From Oxobacter pfennigii (GTDB lineage Bacteria > Bacillota > Clostridia > Clostridiales > Oxobacteraceae), in assembly GCF_001317355.1 (NCBI RefSeq), contig NZ_LKET01000039.1, positions 350,574 through 414,573 on the forward strand: a stretch of 64,000 nt of DNA, read 5' to 3'. This document shows, piece by piece, positions 31,307 through 40,516 of the stretch (within the stretch, counting starts at the first letter, position 1; every line of letters starts with the position of its first letter). The translations under genes and the position numbers were made by a program. A model generated the notes under the pieces. The model had not been told where the DNA came from. It made no database searches and worked only from the letters and a program-made list of their open reading frames with translations.

Positions 31307-32695
31307 CTACCCTTCAGTTCCTATGGAATCCTCGGGGATTTCTTTTTTTGTCCCTGTAAGATAGTTTGGAAGCTCCAACCCCGCCATTTTGAAGACATCT
31401 TCATACGGAGGAATGGATTTCAGCATTCCCGACAGAAAATTAGCTGTGGATGGAGTGCCGCTGCCCCCCGACATGGAATCCCATACGGTGATCTTATCAA
31501 TCTTGATGTTCTTGATGGCTTCCACCTGAATTTTTGCAAGCTGTTCCATCTTATCAGCGATCATAAGGGCAACCGCATTCTTTGGATCGTTTCCTGCTGC
31601 CGCCACTATCTTTTCAAAACCCTCTGCCTGTTTGCTCAGTACTTCCATTACTCCTGTTGCTTCTGCCTGCATTTTAAACAAAATGGCGTCGGCTTCACCC
31701 TTTGCCCGGCGGCGGAGGGTTTCGGCCTGGGCTTCGGCATCTATTTCGGCTTTTTGTTTTTCAATTTCGGCGTGGATTATGACGTCTGCCGTCTTTGTGG
31801 CCCTTTCCCTTTCGGCACGGGCCATTTCCGCACTTTGCTCTGCGGAATATGCTTCTTCCAGGGCCTTTGCAGACTGTACCTTCTCAGCTGCAACCGCTCT
31901 CCTGTTGGCTTCAGCTTCCTTTTCCCTTTTTTCTGCCTCGGAATTTGCAATGGTTATCCTGGCCAGGTTTTCACCCTCAACAGCTTTGGAGTTTGCCTCC
32001 GATACCTGTATTCTCTGGTCCATTTGGGCATTTGCCTCACCTATGGAACCGTCGCGGTCTTTTTCAGCAACGCTCTTTTTGGCATCGTTAATAGCCTTGG
32101 ATGCGGCTTCTTTACCCAGGGCTTCAATATAACCGGATTCATCCTTTATGTCTGTAACGTTAACGTTTATAAGCTTTAAACCAATCTTTTTAAGTTCAGC
32201 CTCCACGTTTTTGGATACATTGGCTAAAAATTTATCTCTGTCTGAATTTATTTCCTCAATATCCATGGTGGCAATTACAAGCCTTAGCTGGCCAAATATA
32301 ATATCCTTTGCCAGTTCCTGTATATCCTTAAGCTGCAGCCCCAAGATTCTTTCCGCCGCATTTGGCATAACCTCGGGTTCCGTGGAAATACCTACGGTAA
32401 ATCTGGAAGGTACATCCACCCTTATGTTCTGTTTGCTCAATGCCTTGGTCAAATTTACTTCGATCGAAATCGGAGTCAAATCTAAAAATTCATAATTCTG
32501 TATAACAGGCCATACAAAGGCAGCTCCTCCATGGATGCATTTTGCAGACCTTGCCGTGCCGTCTCCGCTTCTTCCTATCTTACCATAAACAACGAGTACC
32601 TTATCGGACGGACATCTTTTAAATCTTAAAAACAGCATAATAACGGTTGATAGTATTGCCACTGCTATGACAGTGTATAAAATTATCTCATACAT
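31307..32695 (-). CDS. floT: flotillin-like SPFH/band-7 protein
   Basis: N-terminal TM, SPFH domain and a long Ala/Glu-rich flotillin repeat region. 462 aa. Confidence 0.85.
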   Translation of the reverse strand: MYEIILYTVIAVAILSTVIMLFLRFKRCPSDKVLVVYGKIGRSGDGTARSAKCIHGGAAFVWPVIQNYEFLDLTPISIEVNLTKALSKQNIRVDVPSRFTVGISTEPEVMPNAAERILGLQLKDIQELAKDIIFGQLRLVIATMDIEEINSDRDKFLANVSKNVEAELKKIGLKLINVNVTDIKDESGYIEALGKEAASKAINDAKKSVAEKDRDGSIGEANAQMDQRIQVSEANSKAVEGENLARITIANSEAEKREKEAEANRRAVAAEKVQSAKALEEAYSAEQSAEMARAERERATKTADVIIHAEIEKQKAEIDAEAQAETLRRRAKGEADAILFKMQAEATGVMEVLSKQAEGFEKIVAAAGNDPKNAVALMIADKMEQLAKIQVEAIKNIKIDKITVWDSMSGGSGTPSTANFLSGMLKSIPPYEDVFKMAGLELPNYLTGTKKEIPEDSIGTEG

Positions 32696-32713
32696 AAACT
32701 GACCCCCTTTTAA

Positions 32714-33349
32714 TTAATCGATATGATCTTCAACCAAATTTTCAACCAATAAAATTTGATTGTCGATTACGCCTATAACCTTAACTCTTTCTCCAGTAGG
32801 AATAGTTTTCCCATTGGTCATTGCATCTAATTCCCGGGATGTACCCTGCACTATCACCGTAACCTTTCCCACGCCATCCTTTGCCCCTGGAATGGTGAGA
32901 TACACTTCTCCCTTTGCATTTATTGCATTTTTAAGGTCCATTCCGCCGTATTCCGTCAAATTGGCGATGAAATAAAACAGGCTGCTTATAATCAGGCTGA
33001 CTATAAAACCTGCGCCACAGGAAAGCAGGACTTCAAGTATTTTATTCATATTAAATTTGTCAAGTACAATGCCGGTCCATGAAAATACGGTAAAGAAAAC
33101 AATGAAATTTCGCATGGTGAGAAGTCTAAAGGGAGAAGAGACATCATCGAAGGTATAGTCCTGGAAGCCGTCTGAATCCAGATATTCATGGATATCTCCC
33201 AAATTCTCATTTGAATCGCCAAAATCTCCGTGGTCACCAAGTCCTAAAAATGGCAGGAGGGTTTGAATTATAAAGAGAGTAGTAAAAGGAATCCCTATAT
33301 ACCAATATACTCTTTGATCACCCGGTATACTATTCCACCATTCAACCAT
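32714..33349 (-). CDS. nfeD: NfeD-like membrane protein (flotillin partner, YuaF-like)
   Basis: Membrane N-terminus plus C-terminal OB-fold (GERVKVIGVIDNQILLVE). Lies upstream of and coupled to floT. Confidence 0.75.
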   Translation of the reverse strand: MVEWWNSIPGDQRVYWYIGIPFTTLFIIQTLLPFLGLGDHGDFGDSNENLGDIHEYLDSDGFQDYTFDDVSSPFRLLTMRNFIVFFTVFSWTGIVLDKFNMNKILEVLLSCGAGFIVSLIISSLFYFIANLTEYGGMDLKNAINAKGEVYLTIPGAKDGVGKVTVIVQGTSRELDAMTNGKTIPTGERVKVIGVIDNQILLVENLVEDHID

Positions 33350-33570
33350 AATATCCCCCCTTAAAAGAAGCAGCTAATTTATTATGCTAAGAAAGCGAAC
33401 ATATTTATTATGATAGAAGGTATTAAAGAAAATGATCTTAAATATGGTTTTGTGCAGGCCCCTATTTAATTATAATCATAAAAGGTGAGTCCAGTCCACA
33501 AAATCAGCACAATTTAAAAGCAGATTTGCCCACGTCTACTTGATATAAATATTTTAAAGAGAAAGTAGGA

Positions 33571-33745
33571 TGAGCCGTCCCGTATTTTGTCAAAGAAAAA
33601 ATAGAATGAACCGTCCCTGTTGTTATGAACCGTATTTTGTCAAAGAAAAAATAGAATGAACCGTCCCTGTTGTTATGAACCGTCCCTGTTGTTACTGCTG
33701 TTGTTAAAAGAAAAAGTGGAGTGAACCGTCCCCTATTGTTATAAT
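33571..33745. repeat. tandem direct repeats (about 50-bp unit x 2.5, then a degenerate copy) containing 5 copies of the (A/G)TGAACCGTCCC / ATGAACCGT motif
   Basis: Unit GAACCGTATTTTGTCAAAGAAAAAATAGAATGAACCGTCCCTGTTGTTAT repeated. It lies in the divergent intergenic region of nfeD-floT and the NUDIX gene. Confidence 0.7.
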
Positions 33746-33766
33746 AGTGTAGAAGGGGGGAAGGGA

Positions 33767-34429
33767 ATGGACAAAAAAGGGCTGGATGATATGATAAAGA
33801 ATCTTACTGAAATTCCGGGCATACTGGATAAAGAGCTGTACCATAATTCCGTTGTATTGATACCTTTGGTTTTTATAGGTGGGGAATATCATCTATTATT
33901 TCAGATGAGAAATTTTAATATAAGACAGGGCGGCGAGGTGTCCTTTCCGGGGGGAATGTACGACCCGACAGAGGATGAAAGCCTTGAAGCAACAGCTATA
34001 CGCGAAACCTATGAGGAGATGGGCATTCCCAAGGATAAGATAAAGATAATTGGACGCCTTGATACAATGGTTGCTCCTATGGGCATTACCATTGATTCTT
34101 TTGTGAGTCTAGTGGACATAGGGGGCACTGATGAATTAATAATCAACAAAAATGAGGTGGAGTACGCATTTACCGTTCCTGTATCCCATTTTGAAAACAG
34201 CCAGCCGGAGAAATATAATACCCGCGTTATGATAGAATCTTCCTACATGGATGAGGAAGGCAGAAAAGTGACTCTTCTTCCGGCAGAAGAATTAGGCCTG
34301 CCGGAGCTTTACTACAAGTCCTGGGGCAGAAGAAATTACGAAATCCTCATATATAGATACAAAAATGAAATGATATGGGGAATGACCGCAAGGCTTGTAT
34401 ATGAAGTTGTAAAAAAGCTGAAGCGATAG
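33767..34429 (+). CDS. NUDIX hydrolase
   Basis: Nudix box GGMYDPTEDESLEATAIRETYEEMGI. Confidence 0.75.
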   Translation: MDKKGLDDMIKNLTEIPGILDKELYHNSVVLIPLVFIGGEYHLLFQMRNFNIRQGGEVSFPGGMYDPTEDESLEATAIRETYEEMGIPKDKIKIIGRLDTMVAPMGITIDSFVSLVDIGGTDELIINKNEVEYAFTVPVSHFENSQPEKYNTRVMIESSYMDEEGRKVTLLPAEELGLPELYYKSWGRRNYEILIYRYKNEMIWGMTARLVYEVVKKLKR

Positions 34430-34477
34430 TCTAGCAAAGGGAAAAAATATATGCTATAATAATATTCGAACTGAATA

Positions 34478-34690
34478 GCCAATGAATCTTCAGGGCAGGG
34501 TGAGCAATTGAATACTTACGTATTATTTTGCATTTCCCGACCGGCGGTACAGCCCGCGAGCTTTTAATTAAGCAGATCCGGTTTAATTCCGGAGCCGACA
34601 GTAAAGTCTGGATGAAAGAAGGTTGTGTTTACCTTGTATTTTTCTCCTGAAGTTCTTCAGGAGCTTTTTATTTTTCAGGATTTTTTTCTT
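34478..34690 (+). promoter_or_regulatory. FMN riboswitch (RFN element) with intrinsic terminator
   Basis: CTTCAGGGCAGGGTGA...TTCCCGACCGGCGGTA...AGCCCGCGAGC...CCGGAGCCGACAGTAAAGTCTGGATG conserved blocks. Terminator CTCCTGAAGTTCTTCAGGAG plus a U-tract. Confidence 0.8.
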
Positions 34691-34744
34691 ATGACCCACC
34701 GAAGATTAGGGCTAGACAGTAATATTTATTCTGGAGGGTTTATT

Positions 34745-35332
34745 ATGAGAGATCAAAGACTTAATAAGCTGGTAAAAATTTCTGTTTTATCGGCAGCAGC
34801 ATTTATACTTATGCTGATTGAATTTCCGCTTCCCTTTTTCCCCGAATTTTTAAAGGTGGATATAAGCGATTTTCCCGCACTTTTAGGAAGCTTCGCCTTA
34901 GGGCCTTTAGCCGGCGTTATAATCGAAGCAGTAAAGAACATACTTCATGTTCTTCTTAAGAATACTACTGCAGGCATAGGTGAAATTGCAAACTTCGTCG
35001 TAGGTGCTGCCTTTGTATTTGCCGCAGGCATGGTGTATAAGATTAAAAAGGACAGAGCTCACGCATTATACGGACTGATAGCAGGTGTTGTTGCTATGGC
35101 GGCGGTAGCTGCCGTGTGCAATTTGTTTATATTCCTGCCCTTATACGAAAAAGTCTTAGGCTTTCCCATTCCGGCAATAGTTGACGCCGGTGCCAAAATC
35201 AATCCTGCAATAAAAGATTTAAACACCTTTGTCGCATTGAGTATAGTGCCCTTTAATATCTTAAAAGGCATCATAGTTGCACTTCTCGGATTTTTATCAT
35301 ACAAGAGCTTATCCCCCATCCTTCATAGGTAA
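34745..35332 (+). CDS. ribU: ECF-type riboflavin transporter S component
   Basis: RibU/FmnP-like membrane protein. GGAGGG RBS precedes the ATG at 34745; the upstream ORF extension is not supported. Confidence 0.7.
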   Translation: MRDQRLNKLVKISVLSAAAFILMLIEFPLPFFPEFLKVDISDFPALLGSFALGPLAGVIIEAVKNILHVLLKNTTAGIGEIANFVVGAAFVFAAGMVYKIKKDRAHALYGLIAGVVAMAAVAAVCNLFIFLPLYEKVLGFPIPAIVDAGAKINPAIKDLNTFVALSIVPFNILKGIIVALLGFLSYKSLSPILHR

Positions 35333-35587
35333 AGCAAGCCGTCGGCCAAACCGACGGTTATTTCTTGCCCATTTTTACCACTACATATATAATTAGAATG
35401 GAAATTTGGATAAAATATAAGCTGTGGACACTCCTCGGATTAGAAACTAGTATTGCTGATAAGAGCGTAACCTGCACGAGGAGTGTTCTCTAACAGCTTA
35501 CAATTTCATCTGGCATATGCAGATATCTGATTACAAGGAAGCGGCAAGCTTTTTGTAATCAAATACCTTCGAAAGGGTAGTGATAAT

Positions 35588-36061
35588 ATGTTGTTTGAAT
35601 CATATAGCCCCAATGATACCGAAAAAGTTGGGGAATACTTGGGCTCTATAGCCAATAAAGGCTATGTAATCTGCCTGACAGGCGATTTAGGCGCTGGAAA
35701 AACTAAATTCGTCAAAGGCCTTGCAAAGGGGCTTAATATAGATGATTATATAACAAGCCCCACCTTTACTATCGTAAACGAATATAATGGAAGGCTTCCC
35801 TTGTATCATTTCGATGTATACAGAATAAACGACACCGACGAAATGCATGAAATAGGTTTCGATGAATACATATATGGCCAAGGCGTCAGCGTTATAGAAT
35901 GGGCTAATATAATAGAAGAAATTTTGCCAAAGGAAAACATATGGGTAGACATATCAAAAGATATGGAAGTAGGCGAAGACTATCGAAAAATCCAAATCAA
36001 AGTCAACGGCGAGAAATACCAGGGACTTATATGGGAGATGATTGAAAAATGCGAGTTCTAG
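35588..36061 (+). CDS. tsaE: tRNA threonylcarbamoyladenosine biosynthesis ATPase TsaE
   Basis: P-loop GDLGAGKT with the YjeE-family pattern. Confidence 0.85.
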   Translation: MLFESYSPNDTEKVGEYLGSIANKGYVICLTGDLGAGKTKFVKGLAKGLNIDDYITSPTFTIVNEYNGRLPLYHFDVYRINDTDEMHEIGFDEYIYGQGVSVIEWANIIEEILPKENIWVDISKDMEVGEDYRKIQIKVNGEKYQGLIWEMIEKCEF

Positions 36062-36756
36062 CCATAGATACCTCATCCATGGTGGCATCCGTCGCGGTAG
36101 CCGACGAAAATAAACTCATAGGAGAGATAACCTACAATTACAAAAAACAGCATTCCACCATAATAATGCCCATGATAGACGATTTATTAAAATCTATCGA
36201 ATTGGACATAAAAGATATGGATGCAATTGCCTGTGCCTCAGGTCCCGGCTCCTTTACGGGATTGAGAATCGGCGCTGCAACGGTAAAGGGATTATGCCAG
36301 GGTGCAAATAAGCCATTGATCGCCATACCTACTCTCGATGCTCTTGTGTACAATCTTCCCCACTCAAAGGGAATAATATGCCCTATAATGGATGCCCTAA
36401 GGGATAACGTATACACCTGTATCTACAAATGGGAAGGTGATGAATTTAAAAAATTAAGTGACTATATGGCCATACATATGGATGAGCTTTTTTCGATGCT
36501 TAAAGAATACCATGAAAAAATAATATTTTTAGGTGACGGTATCTTTGTGCACAAAGAAAAAATACAACTGGAATTAAGGGAAAAGCCAGTATTTGCTCCC
36601 CCTCACCTTAATATGCAAAAAGCATCCTCCATTGCAGCCCTTGCATTAAAGCGGCTTAATAATAACGATACCGATGATTATATAACTTTTGCCCCCTTTT
36701 ATTTAAGACAATCCCAGGCCGAAAGGGAATATGACAAAGCCAGCAGAGGAGAATAA
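36049..36756 (+). CDS. tsaB: tRNA threonylcarbamoyladenosine biosynthesis protein TsaB
   Basis: YeaZ-like N-terminus MRVLAIDTSS. Confidence 0.85.
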   Translation: MRVLAIDTSSMVASVAVADENKLIGEITYNYKKQHSTIIMPMIDDLLKSIELDIKDMDAIACASGPGSFTGLRIGAATVKGLCQGANKPLIAIPTLDALVYNLPHSKGIICPIMDALRDNVYTCIYKWEGDEFKKLSDYMAIHMDELFSMLKEYHEKIIFLGDGIFVHKEKIQLELREKPVFAPPHLNMQKASSIAALALKRLNNNDTDDYITFAPFYLRQSQAEREYDKASRGE

Positions 36757-36760
36757 AGTC

Positions 36761-37210
36761 ATGGGGGATATAAAATTATGCAGAATGGATATAGATGACA
36801 TACCGGAGATTATGGTGATAGAAAACCTCTCCTTTGCCGTACCCTGGTCGGCTGAATCCTTCATAACTGAAGTGCAAAACAACAGAGCCGCAAGATATGT
36901 AGTGGCAAAGGACACGGATAAAGTAATAGGCTACGGAGGCATGTGGATTATATTGGATGAAAGCCACATAACCAACATAGCAGTACACCCCGATTACAGG
37001 GGTAAAGGAATAGGAAACCTTATCTTAAAGGCAATGATTGAAATGGCAAAACAAGAAAATATCATAGCCATGACATTGGAGGTTAGAAGGACAAATTACA
37101 TAGCCCAAAGGCTTTATGAAAAATACGGCTTTGTATCCGTCGGCATTCGCCCTAAATACTACGAAGACAACAATGAGGACGCCATCATCATGTGGAAAAA
37201 CAATGTGTAA
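36761..37210 (+). CDS. rimI: ribosomal-protein-alanine N-acetyltransferase (GNAT)
   Basis: GNAT motifs (VHPDYRGKGIG). GAGGAG RBS lies 9 nt before the ATG. Confidence 0.8.
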   Translation: MGDIKLCRMDIDDIPEIMVIENLSFAVPWSAESFITEVQNNRAARYVVAKDTDKVIGYGGMWIILDESHITNIAVHPDYRGKGIGNLILKAMIEMAKQENIIAMTLEVRRTNYIAQRLYEKYGFVSVGIRPKYYEDNNEDAIIMWKNNV

Positions 37211-37276
37211 ATTTTTTCAGACATATTCAGAATACTGACGTATATAACAATAGAAGAGTTTGAAAGAAGTGGTGAT

Positions 37277-37834
37277 ATGATAGATGAGGAGGCTTTGCTG
37301 ATTTCCAGGGCACAGGAAGGCGACCTGGACGCCTTCAGCGAACTTATAACAAAACATAAAAAGCTCATATATAACCTGTGCCTTAGGATGCTTTATGACA
37401 GAGGCGAAGCCGAGGATGCCACCCAGGAGGCCTTCATGAAAATATACAGAGGCTTGAAATCTTATAACGGCACAAGCAAATTCTCCACCTGGGCTGTAAA
37501 AATTGCATCCAACATCTGCATAGATATTATAAGAAAGAGGAAAATCACAACACTGCCTATAGAGGATTACGAGCTGAAGGATGACACATCTCCGGAAAAA
37601 AGCTATATAAAATCCGAGTCATACCGGGAAATAGAGCAGGCCATAGAGGCACTTCCTGAAAAATATAAAATAATGATAGTATATTACCACTTTATGAACC
37701 TATCATATGAAGAGATATCAAAAATATTAAAGGAACCAATGACCATAGTTAAAAACAGGCTTTACAGAGCCAGGCTCATGTTAAAGGAAAATCTTAAAGA
37801 AAAGGGGGGCTACAATGGACTGCAGAGCGGCTGA
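37277..37834 (+). CDS. ECF-type RNA polymerase sigma-70 factor
   Basis: Region 2 (FSELITKHKKLIYNLCLRM...DATQEAFMKIY) and region 4 (NLSYEEISKIL). Confidence 0.8.
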   Translation: MIDEEALLISRAQEGDLDAFSELITKHKKLIYNLCLRMLYDRGEAEDATQEAFMKIYRGLKSYNGTSKFSTWAVKIASNICIDIIRKRKITTLPIEDYELKDDTSPEKSYIKSESYREIEQAIEALPEKYKIMIVYYHFMNLSYEEISKILKEPMTIVKNRLYRARLMLKENLKEKGGYNGLQSG

Positions 37835-38384
37835 TAATCTTATGATGAAATATCTGGATGGGGACATTACGCAAAAAGAATATGAAATGCTTAATATGCA
37901 TCTTTCATCCTGTGAGAGCTGCAAAATGGAATTTGAGATTCTTCGCAGTGCCTTTTTTAGCATTGACAATATCAAGATGGAAGAGGCCCCCGAAAACCTT
38001 GAAAGGCTTGTAGTATCAAAGATAAGAAGTGAGAAGCCTGTCAGGGCTAAAAATTCATGGCTTCCCATTGCTGTTAGCTTTCTTGCAGTCATCATGGGAT
38101 GGATAAACATTATACTTGTTTTCAGGTTTACACCGGCGGCAAGCATAATTTCAGACAGCTTCAGTCATCTCAACTTCTTGTTCAATGAGCTCTTTGATTT
38201 ATCCTTAAGCCTGTGGAAAACCATATTTACAGGGTCATTAAAGCTTTTAGCCATGGGGAGAGCCCTTGACATAGCAAGGGGAGTCATCCTGGAAACCTAC
38301 GGCATGGCAATAGCCCTTATGATTTTGATGTCAGCAGTGGTATTGAGGTTATACGGTAATATATACAGAGCCTTTAAACATTAG
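37815..38384 (+). CDS. anti-sigma factor (zf-HC2 N-terminus, single TM)
   Basis: N-terminal C..H...C..C zinc-finger pattern (LSSCESCKMEF). Overlaps the sigma gene end. Confidence 0.65.
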   Translation: MDCRAADNLMMKYLDGDITQKEYEMLNMHLSSCESCKMEFEILRSAFFSIDNIKMEEAPENLERLVVSKIRSEKPVRAKNSWLPIAVSFLAVIMGWINIILVFRFTPAASIISDSFSHLNFLFNELFDLSLSLWKTIFTGSLKLLAMGRALDIARGVILETYGMAIALMILMSAVVLRLYGNIYRAFKH

Positions 38385-38543
38385 TCCGGGATATTCCTCT
38401 GACTCACAAGATAAAAATAAGCTGGGGCATACCTTCGGCTTCCCACAGATTTATTTCCTAAAAGAGAAGGTGTGTACCCTAATCTTGACTAAGAGGAGTG
38501 TCCTTCTAACATTATTTCTAACATTATTTATGGAGGTAATATT

Positions 38544-39524
38544 ATGCGATATGCGAAAAAATTATTATTTGCTGCAGTCATGTTTATTTTGATTTCTTTA
38601 TCCTTTGAAGGATACGTATATGCAAACTCGGCGGGCGACAGACAAGGCGGAATTGTCAAGCTGTCGGGCGATATATATGTAAATGAAGGCAGCAGCATCT
38701 TAGGCGATGCGGTAACACTCAGAGGGGATATTTACGTAAACGGTTCTGTAACGGGAAACGCAGTCACGCTATTCGGAGATATCATAGTTAACGGCACAGT
38801 AATGGGAGATGCAGTAACCGTATCAGGAAAAATAACAGTAGGTGATAAGGGCAGAGTTCTTGGAAATACTGTAGAAGCTATTGACGGCAGCGTAAGTCAA
38901 AGGCTGCCGGGAAGCTACAGGTATGATTTCAATATGCCGGGGAGAAACAGAACATTCTGGGGAAGATTTACAGGGTCTTTATTATCCTTCTCCGGTTATC
39001 TTGTATTGTTCTTGTTCTCAGCTTTGGTTTACCTCATAATGCCTAAAAAAATTCACGAAATGGCGCAATCCATAGAGCAGGACATGGGAAGAAAGGCGGG
39101 CTTGGGAGTATTGACTTTAATAGGCTCTCCTCTGATTATGATAATACTCTCCATATTGCTTGCAATTACCATCCTAGGGATTGTTGTAATACCCTTTGCC
39201 TGGATCGCATATGCCATTGCAATGCTAGTAGGCATGGTGCCGGTATATCTGTACCTTGGAAGGAAAATATCATTAGCCGTTACAAGCAGGCAGTATGAAT
39301 CCTACGGAGCTATTGCAGCAGGTTTGCTCATATTATGGCTTATTAAAGTGGCATCATCCTTCGGAGGCGTATATACAGGCTGGATTAATGTCATAATAAA
39401 TATGGCACTGTATGTTATAGGCATAGGCACGCTGTTTGATTATATAATCACTCACAGAAAGAGGAAGCCGCCAAAATACATTCCACCCGACGGGCAGGGA
39501 GCGGGGCCTGCACCTGTCGAATAG
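38544..39524 (+). CDS. membrane protein with N-terminal secreted beta-helix (bactofilin/DUF-like GD.V.L.GDI.VNG) repeats
   Basis: Signal peptide, 5 tandem GDAVT...GDI.VNG repeats and a C-terminal polytopic TM region. Confidence 0.55.
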   Translation: MRYAKKLLFAAVMFILISLSFEGYVYANSAGDRQGGIVKLSGDIYVNEGSSILGDAVTLRGDIYVNGSVTGNAVTLFGDIIVNGTVMGDAVTVSGKITVGDKGRVLGNTVEAIDGSVSQRLPGSYRYDFNMPGRNRTFWGRFTGSLLSFSGYLVLFLFSALVYLIMPKKIHEMAQSIEQDMGRKAGLGVLTLIGSPLIMIILSILLAITILGIVVIPFAWIAYAIAMLVGMVPVYLYLGRKISLAVTSRQYESYGAIAAGLLILWLIKVASSFGGVYTGWINVIINMALYVIGIGTLFDYIITHRKRKPPKYIPPDGQGAGPAPVE

Positions 39525-39577
39525 TATTAATTTCTATTGCAAAAGAAATAGATTTGTGCTATATTAGTTATTGTCAC

Positions 39578-39653
39578 AGGGGCATGGCTCAATTGGTAGA
39601 GTAGTGGTCTCCAAAACCATTGGTTGTGGGTTCGAGTCCTACTGCCCCTGCCA
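39578..39653 (+). tRNA. trnW: tRNA-Trp (CCA anticodon)
   Basis: AGGGGCATGGCTCAATTGGTAGAGTAGTGGTCTCCAAAACCATTGGTTGTGGGTTCGAGTCCTACTGCCCCTGCCA. Canonical cloverleaf, anticodon loop CUCCAAA. Confidence 0.9.
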
Positions 39654-40516
39654 GAAAAAGCCAGTAAAAAAGATTTATGGCCGAAAAGCCAGAGTCTGCG
39701 CGGTCTGATGAGGGCTTCTACACAAGAAAGTAGAAGCCCTCATTTCTTTAATTTATCAGCTCTCCTGCTTCACTCTGACAGGAGTTGAACGCGCAAGCAG
39801 TCAAAACCAGAATTGACCATGGAAAACGGCAAACAACACGTAAATTAAGTGGCGCCCTTTTTGAAACGGCAGAAATGCCCTTTGAAAAGTGGTGCCCTTT
39901 TTATATAAAAGCCGGAAACCCTTGATATCACAATAGCGCCCTTATTTGAAGCCATAGAATCCCCCATTTTCAGCCGAGGTTAGAAATAAGATCCCGGCTT
40001 TTTTTGCTCCCAAAATTCATCAGAACCGATGCGGTTCTAACTCTTTTCATTCTTCGCATCTTCCTTTATCCTATAGAATTTTGGCGCCGCGGTTTGGCTG
40101 GTATTTGGGTAGCCTTGCGTCAACATTACCACAGGCGGGATGGCAAACTGGGGAGATTGCTGACATTGACCATTTCCTGCTCACTTGACTATAGAATTTT
40201 ATCAAGATTAACAACGCTTGTAAATCCGCAAGCCTGAGGCTGCTGACGAGAAAAAACGTCAAACTGTCGTTTCTTATAGTATTTGCCGCGCAGAATCCGC
40301 GTAAAATTAAAACCCGATATTTGGTGAAAGCTGTTCTTGCATTCGGCGAATAGTTGAAGTATGCTATTATCATTCGATATAAAAGAACAAATTAAACAAA
40401 AATGTAATACATAATTTTCTACAACCCCATCTCTTCGCCTGCTTAGTGCTCTTGGATCGATATTCCTTATACATTTAATATATATGATATATATTTTTTA
40501 AGGAGGATACTGAGCC

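Noticed and set aside
31632-32495. Four overlapping + strand ORFs (98-166 aa) antisense to floT
   Set aside because: They lie wholly inside a well-supported flotillin gene whose Ala/Glu-rich repeat region yields stop-free antisense frames. They have no RBS and low-complexity Ser/Ala/Leu-rich translations.
33571-33745. Possible CRISPR array (tandem direct repeats)
   Set aside because: The units are about 50 bp and are themselves the repeated part. There are no unique, uniformly sized spacers, no cas genes and no leader. It is better explained as a tandem protein-binding or REP-like array.
40004-40373. Small ORFs (77 and 100 aa) between tRNA-Trp and the PucR-family gene as a possible integrase remnant
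   Set aside because: They have no similarity to a tyrosine or serine recombinase, no RBS, and overlap on opposite strands. They are treated as non-coding island debris.
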